Below are positions 8,786-19,400 of a stretch of 64,000 nucleotides of DNA, piece after piece. Below the pieces are notes generated by a model, which was given only the letters and a program-made list of their open reading frames with translations, was not told the DNA's origin and searched no databases. How positions within the stretch are numbered: the stretch's first letter is position 1; each line of letters opens with the position of its first letter. A program made the position numbers and the translations under genes. The DNA is from an uncultured Parachlamydiaceae bacterium (GTDB lineage: Bacteria > Chlamydiota > Chlamydiia > Chlamydiales > Parachlamydiaceae). The stretch lies in the NCBI GenBank assembly GCA_963742415.1, contig CAVULX010000001.1, forward strand, positions 1-64,000, written 5' to 3'.

Positions 8786-10822
8786 CTAGGATTCCACGCT
8801 CTTAAATTGAAATGATTCGGTCAGCGACCGCAAGCTTTGGCTGGATTCATGCAAAAAAGAAAACTCGGCGTAGAGCTTTTTAATTGCAGAAGTGTTGTAT
8901 TGCATCTCTTTTCGAAACATTTCAATGGCTTTGTTGATTTCTTGCACAACTAAGATCTGCTCTTGAATCCCATTCTTTAGATCTTCAAAGTCAGCTATCT
9001 GGGTTTGGGTATTGTTGATAAGGTTGTTAAATTCTTCGTTAATTTCATTTGTTTCTTGGACTTGCTTTTGGATTTGCAAAGAAAATTGATCCACCTCTTT
9101 CACAGAATCGGTAGCAGCTCCAATGATCTCCTGTGTCTTTCTTTCAATATCTAAAGTCGCACAAGCAATTTGGTTTGCCATTTCACGAATTTTATCTGCA
9201 ATGACAACAAACCCTCGTCCCTGCTCTCCCGATTTGTTAGCCCGTATCGCCGCATTTAAAGAAAGTAAATTGCTTTGGTCAGCTATTTTGATCACAGCTT
9301 CGATCACTTGATTAATATTGCTGATGCTCCCTTGTAAAGACGAAAGAGTCTTTACAATATTTGTGGAAGACTCAAACATCAACTGCATGATGTGTTCCAT
9401 GGCCTTCAAGTTTTCACGACCCGTAGCTGCCAAGGTGCTTGTCAACGAAGCATTTTTTGTAATTCTATGTAAGTCATCTGAAAAGTTTTGAATGGCATTT
9501 AATATGAGATGGGCGTTACTACTAATTTCTCTGATAATTCTGTCTAAAAGGGTAACATTATTCTCTACATTTTTGACAGTTTCGAAAATCGTTGTAGATG
9601 AACTCACAATTTGTTCCGATATCACAGATGCATTTTTCAATATCCTTTCGAAATATTCGACCATTTGATTGAAGGATTTCGTAATTTCTCCCACTTCATC
9701 AGAAAATTCTACAGAGAGACGGACCGAGAGATTCCCCTTAGAAAAAGCATCTGCCGCCCTTAATAAATTGGCCAAGGGTTTTCGAATGACTCTTGTAAGA
9801 TATAAAGTCGCTGCCACGCTTCCGCCAAAAACAATAAGACTATAAATGATATAGAGGTCCCGTTGCATTTTATCTCTTTGATTTTCCATCACCCTTAACG
9901 TTTGTTTTAGGAGTGTTTGCTGCAAAGAAAAACTAACTGTCATCATTTCTGAGAATGCTTGATGTGAAGCCGTTAAAGTTTCAGTTTGGTTTAACCCAAT
10001 AGAAGAAAGGAAATGATTTATCGATTGTTTTAATCGAAATAAATCGACTGACATTTCCTTATAAAAATGATCCTTTGGAAGAGTTGGATCTAAATTCAAT
10101 GCAGTCTCAAGACTTTGCACCAATGTCTTGCTATTGATCACAAATGTATTCTTGGTTGATTCTGTTTCTAATTCAGTAAGTTGGCTTGCCGGGAGATTGA
10201 GAGTATTCATGATGTAGAGCTCTTTTTGGAAATTAGGGAGAGTTTTCATCAGATTTTGCACATAAATATGAGTGTAGTAATTTGAGTATGCGCTTAAATT
10301 AAAATATTTCATGATCCGTTCTAACAAATAAATATAAACATCGATTAAAGTTTTAAAATCTGCAGCGATGGAGCTTTCTTGATTGTGTTCAGATAAATTT
10401 ACTTTGGACTCCCAATGATCTTTCATTTCTTTTATGTAAAGGGATATATTTTGAATCTCTACTTCATTTAAAGGAGTCTGATTTTTAAATTTCTTTTGCT
10501 CCTTCTCTATCGACAAAAAATTGTTTCTAATTTTTTGTTTTAGTTCATGAAGTTTTTCTTTGTTCTTATCTTGATCATTTAAAGGAACCCAACTCACATA
10601 ATGAAAAATTTGCTCAACAGTATCATTAATAAGGCCTGTGAACTCAATAGCTTTAGTTTGTGAGTTTAAACTTTTGATTGGTTCAATAAATAAAAAATAG
10701 ATAAAAAAGAGAATAATTGCACAAGGAAGATATCCAAGAAATAAAATCAATATATACTTAAAAGTATAACTAAAGCTTAGGAGCCAAGCATTAAATTTTT
10801 GTCTAAAATTAAATATTTTCAT
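8786..10822 (-). CDS. Methyl-accepting chemotaxis protein (2 TM, HAMP, signalling domain)
   Basis: HAMP ...DEVGEITKSFNQM; tip IADQSNLLSLNAAIRANKSGEQGRGFVVIADKIREMA. Confidence 0.9.
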   Translation of the reverse strand: MKIFNFRQKFNAWLLSFSYTFKYILILFLGYLPCAIILFFIYFLFIEPIKSLNSQTKAIEFTGLINDTVEQIFHYVSWVPLNDQDKNKEKLHELKQKIRNNFLSIEKEQKKFKNQTPLNEVEIQNISLYIKEMKDHWESKVNLSEHNQESSIAADFKTLIDVYIYLLERIMKYFNLSAYSNYYTHIYVQNLMKTLPNFQKELYIMNTLNLPASQLTELETESTKNTFVINSKTLVQSLETALNLDPTLPKDHFYKEMSVDLFRLKQSINHFLSSIGLNQTETLTASHQAFSEMMTVSFSLQQTLLKQTLRVMENQRDKMQRDLYIIYSLIVFGGSVAATLYLTRVIRKPLANLLRAADAFSKGNLSVRLSVEFSDEVGEITKSFNQMVEYFERILKNASVISEQIVSSSTTIFETVKNVENNVTLLDRIIREISSNAHLILNAIQNFSDDLHRITKNASLTSTLAATGRENLKAMEHIMQLMFESSTNIVKTLSSLQGSISNINQVIEAVIKIADQSNLLSLNAAIRANKSGEQGRGFVVIADKIREMANQIACATLDIERKTQEIIGAATDSVKEVDQFSLQIQKQVQETNEINEEFNNLINNTQTQIADFEDLKNGIQEQILVVQEINKAIEMFRKEMQYNTSAIKKLYAEFSFLHESSQSLRSLTESFQFKSVES

Positions 10823-12804
10823 AACTCTTCTGTTCTGGGCTGATAGTGATTTTGGGCCGTAGGAAATAGGGATAAAATTTCCGGAAGCTTGTTTTCAATA
10901 ATTTCCAAACTGTCTAAAGAAACGTGCAATTTTTGAATCATTTCTATATTTTGCTGCGCCTCGTTGTGCAGGTTGATGATGGATTGAATCATTTTATCGG
11001 TGGTGACCATCTCCTTTTGAATAATCTGGGCAAAATCTTCAAATTGGGCAATTTGTTCAGTCCCCTGTTTAGCAATTCTTGATAACTGCTTACCAACCTC
11101 CATCAATCCTTGAGCACCTGAATTAATATCTTTGAGACATTTGACCGATTCTTTTTTAACCTGGACGACATTTTTAAACATCGTTTCCACTATCTTGCTA
11201 ATATCTTCCGTAGAACCCTCTGTAAGAATGGAAAAACGTTGGATTTTTTGGGAAATCGAATTAAAATTTTCTTTACTCCTTGTGATATTTTCTGCTTCTA
11301 TTGAAGAATTTAAAGAGAGCAACTTTGCTTTTTCGCTGACTTTTTTCATAAATTCAATCAGCGTTGTCATCCCGCTGACTTTTTCTTCAACTTTTGAAAG
11401 TAAATCTACCAGGCTAAATGATGAATTGACTAATTCCCCCATATGTAATTGAACATGCTCTAATCCTGTCTGTGCCTTTTCTACCGACAACATTCGATCT
11501 GAGCTGAATTTGAACTCTTTCATCCTGTCTACCAAGGCCTGCTGCTTTTGAATGATCAATTGAGAAGAAGCCTGGATATTTTGACTCATCTTTTCTAGTC
11601 CGTGCAAACTAAATTCTTGGTTACGGATAGCTTGCGCAATATTCGATGTCGTCTTAGAGAGCTTCTTCCCAAGCTCACGCAACTCGACCGCCACGCTTTT
11701 GACAGACAATGTCATTTTATCAAATGCACGCCCAACCTGCCCGAATTCATCATCGTTCCTAGAAGAAAAACAGGGTTTTAAGTGCCCCATGGACATTTCG
11801 TCCATATGAATTTTAAGTTGGTTGAGGTGGGAAGTTAAAATTCTCTTGATTAAACAAAAAGCCATGGTAACACCCACAAAAATGGCCACAATGGATAAAA
11901 TCCATCCCATGTAGAGGAAAACCTGTTTTTGCTGTGTCACTAAGGATATAACTGTTTCTAAAATATCTCCCTGGAATTCTTGACTTGCTTGAAAAAAATT
12001 TAGAGCCTTTTCATTATCTTTAAAATCTTGACTCACATCATTTAAAAAAGCTTCTAAACTGTTTATATAGCGTATTTGCCCCTCCCGAAAAAAGGAAAGA
12101 AGTTGATCATGATTGTAGTAGTCGTGTTGAAGCTCCTTATGGATATCGATAAATGTGTCTAGCGTACCGGTTAATTTTTCGTGTCTTTGTTTCAGAAAAT
12201 CTAATCTTTTAACTTGGTCTGACTGCAATTCTCCATTCTTCAAATCCTCAAATAAGGCCATATCTCTTATTAAAAATTCATTGGCTAGCAATTGATTGAC
12301 CGGTTCATCAAAAAAAAAAGTCTTATTTTCTCTAAATATAAAAACATTTAAATTGAACTCTAAACCTTTCAATTGCTCCATAATCACTTCGTAAAACGGA
12401 TTTAAATTTAAGTCCATCTCGCGGTGTTTTATTGCAGCATTCCACTTTTGACCAAGCCCTTTCGCTGCCTCAGCCTCCATATTGTTCAACTTTGCTAGTT
12501 GATAATTTATGTCCCCTTCTAATTTGGAAAGAATCTCCCTATTGAATTGGGAGTTCGCGAAGCGATTCTGGTTACTAATCTCATATTTCAGCGCGTCTGA
12601 TAGAATAGATCCTAAAATTTTCTGGTATTGAACTTCTTGTATTTGTTTATTCAGGTTTTTGAGATCTAACCAAATGGTCTTCAATACAAGATAAGTGGGA
12701 ATCGGAACACAGGCAAAAAAAAGATAGCCAAAAAAAACAAACCGCTGCCTATATGAAAAGGAGCAAAAAAGTTTGTTTATCTTAGAAAAGAAATTAGAAA
12801 ACAT
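10819..12804 (-). CDS. MCP-like protein with divergent signalling tip
   Basis: Two TM segments, HAMP DEFGQVGRAFDKM, tip VSEKAKLLSLNSSIEAENITRSKENFNSISQKIQ; ATGA overlap with the next MCP. Confidence 0.8.
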   Translation of the reverse strand: MFSNFFSKINKLFCSFSYRQRFVFFGYLFFACVPIPTYLVLKTIWLDLKNLNKQIQEVQYQKILGSILSDALKYEISNQNRFANSQFNREILSKLEGDINYQLAKLNNMEAEAAKGLGQKWNAAIKHREMDLNLNPFYEVIMEQLKGLEFNLNVFIFRENKTFFFDEPVNQLLANEFLIRDMALFEDLKNGELQSDQVKRLDFLKQRHEKLTGTLDTFIDIHKELQHDYYNHDQLLSFFREGQIRYINSLEAFLNDVSQDFKDNEKALNFFQASQEFQGDILETVISLVTQQKQVFLYMGWILSIVAIFVGVTMAFCLIKRILTSHLNQLKIHMDEMSMGHLKPCFSSRNDDEFGQVGRAFDKMTLSVKSVAVELRELGKKLSKTTSNIAQAIRNQEFSLHGLEKMSQNIQASSQLIIQKQQALVDRMKEFKFSSDRMLSVEKAQTGLEHVQLHMGELVNSSFSLVDLLSKVEEKVSGMTTLIEFMKKVSEKAKLLSLNSSIEAENITRSKENFNSISQKIQRFSILTEGSTEDISKIVETMFKNVVQVKKESVKCLKDINSGAQGLMEVGKQLSRIAKQGTEQIAQFEDFAQIIQKEMVTTDKMIQSIINLHNEAQQNIEMIQKLHVSLDSLEIIENKLPEILSLFPTAQNHYQPRTEEL

Positions 12805-12932
12805 ATATTTCTATTTTTAACTTAACAAATATCACGGTTCATCGCTCATAACCAAGAAAAAAATGGAAAAAAATAATTTCATCCTTACCCTGAGTTATTG
12901 AACTCCCTCTTTATTCTTTCAGGAGAAATCTC

Positions 12933-14330
12933 ATGATGTGGCAAATTTGCACCCCCTCGCTTGCAATCAACTCTTACCTTATCCTCGATCCAGAGACTCA
13001 TGAAGCTGCCATCGTGGATCCAACCAGAAATGTCGATCCTTTGTTGCAAAAAATCGAGGAAACAAAAGCGCACGTCTCCGCCATTATAGAAACACATGTC
13101 CATGCTGATTTTGTTTCAGGATCAAAAGAATTAAAAGACCGCCTTAATAATATTCCTTCCATTTATTGTTCCGCAGAAGGGGGAAAGGAATGGATTCCAA
13201 AGTATGCCGATGTTTTAGTCAAAGATGGTCAACAAATAAGCCTTGGATCCATCCGGCTGCAAGCTCGCCATACCCCCGGACATACTCCTGAACACCTGGT
13301 TTGGTTGATCTTCGATGCAAAAAAAGGGGGAAAAACGCCTCAAAAGATGTTGACAGGAGATTTTCTGTTTGTCGGATCGATAGGGAGGCCAGACTTGCTG
13401 GGGGAAACAAGCTTGCAAACCTTAGCAGAGCAACTTTATTCCTCTGTTTTTCATTTTTTGTCTGCACTTCCCGATGAAATAGAAATTTATCCCGCGCACG
13501 GAGCGGGCTCTTTATGCGGCAAAGAAATTGGAAGCCAAAAGTCTTCTACGCTAGGAACAGAAAGGAAAAATAACCCTTTTCTCAAACCTTCGTCACAACA
13601 GGATTGGATTCAAAAGGTGATGAAAAACATGCCCAGCGCTCCAGAATATTTTAAGAAAATCAAAAAAGACAATGTGCGCGGTGTGCCGCTTTTGAAAAAT
13701 CTTCCTTCTCCTATTCAAATCTTTACGAAAGATTTAATTTCGAAAAAAACAACATTCATCCTTGATATCCGCAGCGAAGAGATGTTTGCAGATAAACATC
13801 TTGCAGGGTCCATCAATCTCCCCGAAGGTCCCCTTTTTCTCAATTGGGCGTCCGTTGTCATTCCTTCTACCCATTCATTTTCGATTCTTGGAGAAAATAC
13901 CTCTAGCATCCAAGAGGCTATAAAATCTTTGCATCTAATCGGAACCGATCAAGCTGAGAGTTTTATTGTAGCTCACAAAGAGATGTGGGAAAGCCTCTCT
14001 TCATTAACCGCTTCCTTTCCAATGACAGACCCCTCAAAATTATGGCAAAGAATCGAGGCCCATGAACCCCTATTCGTCATCGACGTGCGATCAGATAAAG
14101 AGTGGAAAGCAGGGCATATTAAAGGGGCTCATCATATCACCCTTTATGAGTTAGAAAAATCAATCCCAAACCTACCGAAAGATCAAACATTAGCTGTAAC
14201 ATGCGGCTCCGGATGTAGAGCTTCTATTGCGGCTTCCCTATTGCAGCGCGCAGGCTTCTCAAATGTCTGCAATTTGAAAGGGGGAATGCAGGAGTGGATG
14301 AAACAAAATCTTCCTATCAAAACCGAATGA
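12933..14330 (+). CDS. MBL-fold hydrolase/persulfide dioxygenase fused to rhodanese domains
   Basis: ETHVHADFVSG, TPGHTPEH, TGDFLFVGSIGRPDL, PAHGAGSLCGK, rhodanese CGSGCRAS. Confidence 0.92.
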   Translation: MMWQICTPSLAINSYLILDPETHEAAIVDPTRNVDPLLQKIEETKAHVSAIIETHVHADFVSGSKELKDRLNNIPSIYCSAEGGKEWIPKYADVLVKDGQQISLGSIRLQARHTPGHTPEHLVWLIFDAKKGGKTPQKMLTGDFLFVGSIGRPDLLGETSLQTLAEQLYSSVFHFLSALPDEIEIYPAHGAGSLCGKEIGSQKSSTLGTERKNNPFLKPSSQQDWIQKVMKNMPSAPEYFKKIKKDNVRGVPLLKNLPSPIQIFTKDLISKKTTFILDIRSEEMFADKHLAGSINLPEGPLFLNWASVVIPSTHSFSILGENTSSIQEAIKSLHLIGTDQAESFIVAHKEMWESLSSLTASFPMTDPSKLWQRIEAHEPLFVIDVRSDKEWKAGHIKGAHHITLYELEKSIPNLPKDQTLAVTCGSGCRASIAASLLQRAGFSNVCNLKGGMQEWMKQNLPIKTE

Positions 14331-14494
14331 ATACGCGTGAAACATACCCCCCACATATATGGTGTGGAAAAATATTCACTGTTCTTCGGTATAAATGAGG
14401 CCTAATGATTAACGCAGAGACGGGGAGTCGGGGAGACGCAGAGGGTTAATAATAGCTTGATAAAATCTATACAAATCTGATAATATCTACTCAT

Positions 14495-15114
14495 ATGAGT
14501 AGATTTGTTAAGATTGGCAAAGCAGCAGAAATATTAGGTGTTTCTGTTCAAACTTGAGGCGATGGGAATTGCAAGGATCACTTAAGCCCGACCGCCGAAG
14601 TTCCGGTAAAACACGATATTATAATTCAGACAAGCTATTAGGATTAAAATTCCCTAAAAGCGATCTAACAATTGGCTATGCGAGAGTTTCAAGCCACGAC
14701 CAAAAAGAAGATTTAGTAAGACAAGCCAAATTGCTTTCTTCCTTCTGTACCCCACATGGATGGGATCATGAAATCATTCAAGATCTTGGATCCGAAATGA
14801 ATTATTATAAAAAGGGCTTGAAAAAGCTTTTAGATTTGATTTTAGACAAAAAAATCCGAAGATTGGTTTTAACTCATAAAGATCGCTTGCTTCGATTTGG
14901 GGCAGAGCTTATATTTGCACTCTGTCAAGCACGCCAAGTTGAAGTAGTCATCATCAATCAAGGTGATGATGTTTCTTTTGAAGAAGAACTTGCCAAAGAT
15001 GTATTGGAGATTATTACAGTATTTTCTGCAAGATTATATGGGGCGAGAAGCCGCAAAAATAAAAAGCTTGTTGAAGCAGCTAGGGTATTAGTTAATGGCA
15101 ACGCTCACACATAA
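14495..15114 (+). CDS. tnpA: IS607 serine-recombinase transposase; 1-nt frameshift near 14553
   Basis: MerR-like HTH MSRFVKIGKAAEILGVSVQT(L)RRWE; GYARVSSHDQKEDL; HKDRLLRFG; FSARLYG. Confidence 0.92.
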
Positions 15115-16273
15115 AGTACGCTTAGATTTTACCTGCAAGCAAGAAAAATATTTTCGCAAAGCCTGTGGAATAGCCCGCTTTGCATGGAATTGGGCCCTGG
15201 CAAAATGGGAAGAAATATATAAAGCTGGTGGCAAACCAAATGCCTTAGAGCTTAAGAAAGAATTTAATCGATTAAAAGACAAAGAATATCCTTGGGTATA
15301 CGAAGTTACCAAATATGCCTGTCAACAGCCTTTTATTCACCTTCAAAGAGCTTTTCAATCGTTTTTTGAGAAAAAGACAAACTATCCGAGATATAAAAAA
15401 AAGGGAATTCACGACAGCTTTTACATAGGAGGAGATCAACTTAAAATTATAGGAAAACGGGTGAAGATTCCAAACCTAGGTTGGGTTCGGCTGAGGGAAT
15501 CTTTGCGATTTGTAGGCAAAATCAATGGTGCAACAATTTCAAGAGTAGCAGATTATTGGTTTATCAGTGTTAGTGTAGAGACAGATCAACGGCCTTCGCC
15601 ATGCAAAAGCCAAGCAAGCGTGGGAGTAGATTTAGGTATTAAAAATTTGGCCACACTTTCAGATGGAAAAGTCATTCCAAATAATCAACCATTGAAACAG
15701 CAATTATATCGATTAAAACGCTACCAAAGGCGCTTAACAAAAAAACAAAAAGGCTCGCTAAATTGGCAAAAAGCAAAGAAGCGAGTGGCCAGATTGCATT
15801 ACAAGATTGCATGCAATAGAAATGATGCATTGCATAAATTGACAACGATGCTGACTAACAATTATGGGAACATTAGTATCGAGGATCTAGAAATATCAAA
15901 AATGGTAAAAAATAAAAGATTATCAAGGCATATTCTAGATGGAGGCTGGTATGAGTTTAGAAGGCAGCTTCAATACAAATCTGTGCTAAGAGGCAATAAA
16001 GTTTTTGTTGCAGACAGATGGTATGCCTCATCAAAAAAATGTTCTTCATGTGGAAATTATAAAGAAGATCTCCCTTTGTCAGAACGGGTGTATAACTGCA
16101 TGGAATGCCAATTAGAAATTGATCGCGATTTGAATGCAGCTAAGTGCCTTGAAAAACTCATTAGTACGGCAAGCTTTGCCGGAATTAAAGCCTGCGGACA
16201 AGACGGCTCTGTAATAATGCTCAAAACATCATTGCAACCAGCTTGGATGAACCAGGAACTAAGCCCTGTATAG
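15095..16273 (+). CDS. tnpB: RNA-guided endonuclease TnpB
   Basis: RuvC VGVDLG / IEDL / DRDLNAA intact; Zn finger CSSC..CMEC. Confidence 0.95.
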   Translation: MATLTHKVRLDFTCKQEKYFRKACGIARFAWNWALAKWEEIYKAGGKPNALELKKEFNRLKDKEYPWVYEVTKYACQQPFIHLQRAFQSFFEKKTNYPRYKKKGIHDSFYIGGDQLKIIGKRVKIPNLGWVRLRESLRFVGKINGATISRVADYWFISVSVETDQRPSPCKSQASVGVDLGIKNLATLSDGKVIPNNQPLKQQLYRLKRYQRRLTKKQKGSLNWQKAKKRVARLHYKIACNRNDALHKLTTMLTNNYGNISIEDLEISKMVKNKRLSRHILDGGWYEFRRQLQYKSVLRGNKVFVADRWYASSKKCSSCGNYKEDLPLSERVYNCMECQLEIDRDLNAAKCLEKLISTASFAGIKACGQDGSVIMLKTSLQPAWMNQELSPV

Positions 16274-16317
16274 AAATGTACAGATTTTAGGAAGCGGATT
16301 ATAAACGTTATTTTTGG
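16160..16317 (+). ncRNA. Predicted TnpB omega/reRNA (scaffold over the tnpB 3' end and right end; guide from 16298)
   Basis: Inferred from position in known TnpB systems; hairpin cggcaagctttgccg near 16166. The 5' boundary is a guess. Confidence 0.55.
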
Positions 16318-16428
16318 GTTTTTTTTCTCTGATATTCAAAAAACTCAGGTTTATAATCCCTCTGCGCCTCCCCGACTCCCCGTCTCTGCGTTAAATTCTT
16401 TTAATGCGTTAAATTCATTTAAATTGTC

Positions 16429-19400
16429 CTATTTGTCCTTGGCAGGGTTGCTAAGCTGTTGCAGCTTTTGGTACTCTCCAGGGAAATCGTTAAAGATTTC
16501 TTTCAGAATCGGATTTGAGATATATTGTGTTATATCATGTGTACCTGCCAAAAAGGACTTTATTTGAACACGATCATGAACGGCTTTTAGCCATTTCATT
16601 ATCACATCGACTCGCCTCTGTTTTTCAATTTGGTCAAGAGGCACAGTATCCCCCCCCTCCTTAAGTAATATTTCTCCAATTGATGGACTAAGAGCGACGA
16701 TCTGATTTGCGTCAAACCCGCTTCTGGAAATTTCTAAATCGGATCGCTTGGCGCAAAGTGCTGTTATAACCACATCAGCATATGAAATAAAGGCTAGATA
16801 GTCTCCAATAAAACAGCTAGATTCAAAGCCTGTTTTAAGAGTATTAAACATCATTCGTAAATAATAATTATCATCAAATTCAATTGGCTTTTTCAATAGG
16901 GCATCCATCACACCGTCAGTTGGATTTTTCAAAAGGGCATCCATCACATATTTAAAAATTTCGTTCGAAACTTTTCTCCACTCTTCCCCTTGAACAGGTC
17001 CAATCGTCCCCCAAACATTATAAAGTGTTTCAGCATAATGGAGTTTGTAAGTTAACAATCCCTTATCCATGCAATTTTTTTTCCATTTAGGCATTGATTC
17101 ATTTGATTCATCTTTATACTTTATTTGTATGTCAAATCGAGAAACGTTATTGTTGTGCCATGATAGAATTAACGGGGAAAACTCTTTTAATTCAGCCTCA
17201 AAAATGTTGTCATGCTCTTCAACACCCCCTTTTGATCCAACTTTTTTTACGATCCCATATTTAGGTCCCAGCCCCAAAACAGAAAGCGCCGTTGCTTGCA
17301 AACTCTGCTCTTGCTCTCTATATTGTTTTTCTATTTGGAAATTGTTAATCGCTTTTCGATAGATGTTTAATAGAGATTTCCATAATTTCAGCCTCTCCAT
17401 ATTCAGCTGAATGGGCATTTTAAATAAGATTTGAGGAACATAAGTCGTGAGCAAGGTAATCATGTTAACCAATTCAACGTTCGAATAATAACTTTCTTGT
17501 ATGGGGTCGCCTAATACATGAGTGAGCAAATCAGCTATACAGAAGCAAAATTTATAAGGATTGTGTGCAAACAGGTCGCCCTCTTTTTCTTTTTTCTCCC
17601 ATAAAAAATAAAGAACATTTTCATAAATTATTCTATGCGCTTTGGCATTGCAAACAACACAAGAGTGGTTCAATAGAAGATCTAATTTTTCCCAGATGAG
17701 TTCTTTTCTTTCTCTCTCCTCAAGCGGAATTGTTTTATCTACTTTTCCATAAAACGTGATATTTAATAGAAAAAATTCATCAGCCTTTAATGGAAAATTG
17801 GCGGATACTGACTCTAGAAAATCTTGAGGAATAATTAAATGGCAAAGTTTATAATGCATCTCCTCTATTTCTTTGGTTCTAAAGGGTGGGTAATGCAAAA
17901 ATGCTGCAAAGAGCCTTAATATGCTAGCAATCTGTTTCGGATAGAGGGAAATAAATTGCTGGATGTGGTACCACATATAGAACATAAAAAGGGGGAGTCT
18001 TTTTGCATCCGGGACTTCTTTTGCGTTATTATTGTTAAGTTCCGCAGAATTTTTTACGGTACGACCCATGGCTTTTAAAATGGACTCTTCATGTTCTAGG
18101 TAATTCCTTGGAACAATATATACCGAATCAAATCCCCCTTCATAGTTTCCAGGGTTCTTTTTGATAACAAGCTTTCGTTCTTCTTCGAATTTTTTTATGT
18201 CTAGAACTTTATGACTATTCACCTGGTAACATCTATAAAGATATTCAATAAAAACACTCTGGATAATATTTATGACAGCAAACAAACTAATAAGTTTGTA
18301 ATCGTATTTAAACTTCGGTGGTAACTTTGAGGTTCCATTGTGGGTAACCCTTACCCGTTTCGACCCTTGCTGCGGTAAAAAATTTTCGGTCTTCATTTTT
18401 ATTAAAAGATTCCAAAAATTTTGAGCGTTTGATTCCAAATCTGGATTGTTTATAAAAAAACTTAATATCGGATTTTGTGAAATGGTATCACATAAATCTG
18501 CCTTACTTACGGCATATAAATCGGCTGAATTTGAATCGTCACTTGAGTGTACACTGAAATGACCTTCTAGAGTGTTTCCTGCTAAATCTGTAAAAGTTGT
18601 GACCAAATCCTGGCAAAGAACACTTACTTCTTTAATATCTCTTTGATTTTCTTTTGATAATTTGTGATTAATTGCATTCCTAGGGAGTTTAATCTTGTTT
18701 TTCCTTCCTGATATAACTTCTTTCCTTAGCTGTTTTACCTGTTTCTCTCCAACGATCTGCTTCCATTCAGGATGCCGCATGAGTGTCTTAAGAATCTCCT
18801 GCTGCTTTGAACTAGAAGAATCTTTAAGTTTTTCGGCTAGCTGGAGATAAATTATTTTTATTGTTTGTTTAAAGATCTCATCGTTGATCCGTTCTCTATA
18901 GTCTTTAATATTTTTAAAACGGTGCAAGGCTAATTCCGCAGCCCAAATAATATAGGGTTCTTCTGAAAGTTCACTTAAAACTTGAATAACATAGCAAGGG
19001 TCAAAATGAAAAATGAGTTTTGTTTGATAAAGTTCGAAAATCTCTTTAAGATTGACTCCGGTCCCTTTATAAGAATGAATTTTCTGGTAATGAAGTAACG
19101 CCACAATATGAAAATACAACGTTTCTTTAAATTTTTCGTTCTTAAATAATTGTCTATCTGCGCACCCCTCTTTAATCAAATGACAGGCCTTCAGAAAATC
19201 CTCTTCTCCGCCTCGCATAAGGATTTTTGAATAAGCTAATCCGATCCTCAATTTGATGTCGGTATTAGAGTTGTCATTTAAAAATCCTTCTAGTTTTTGA
19301 AGATTGACTTCTACTGTTTCTCGAAAATCTTTGATCAGTATCTCAAAATTGTATTGATCAATCTTTGCTAAAAAAATTGCTAGAAATTGACTTAACCGCA

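Larger units (their letters stand above)
14446..16297 (+). mobile_element. IS607-family insertion sequence (tnpA + tnpB), GG crossover, no TSD
   Basis: Removing 14446-16297 restores cgcagaggg|attataaac, the exact complement of gtttataatccctctgcg in the right arm; the element ends in ...gaagcGG. Confidence 0.92.
14409..16394. repeat. Palindromic repeat whose left arm is interrupted by IS607
   Basis: ttaacgcagagacggggagtcggggagacgcagaggg (14409-14445) is the reverse complement of 16358-16394 with one mismatch. Confidence 0.9.

Noticed and set aside
14345-14370. NrdR-box-like ccacatatatggtg
   Set aside because: Imperfect match, single copy, no nrd gene nearby.
14545-14560. tnpA frameshift as domestication of TnpB
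   Set aside because: One T missing from a short homopolymer (act-ttg) in an assembly with many such indels; cannot be called real without reads.
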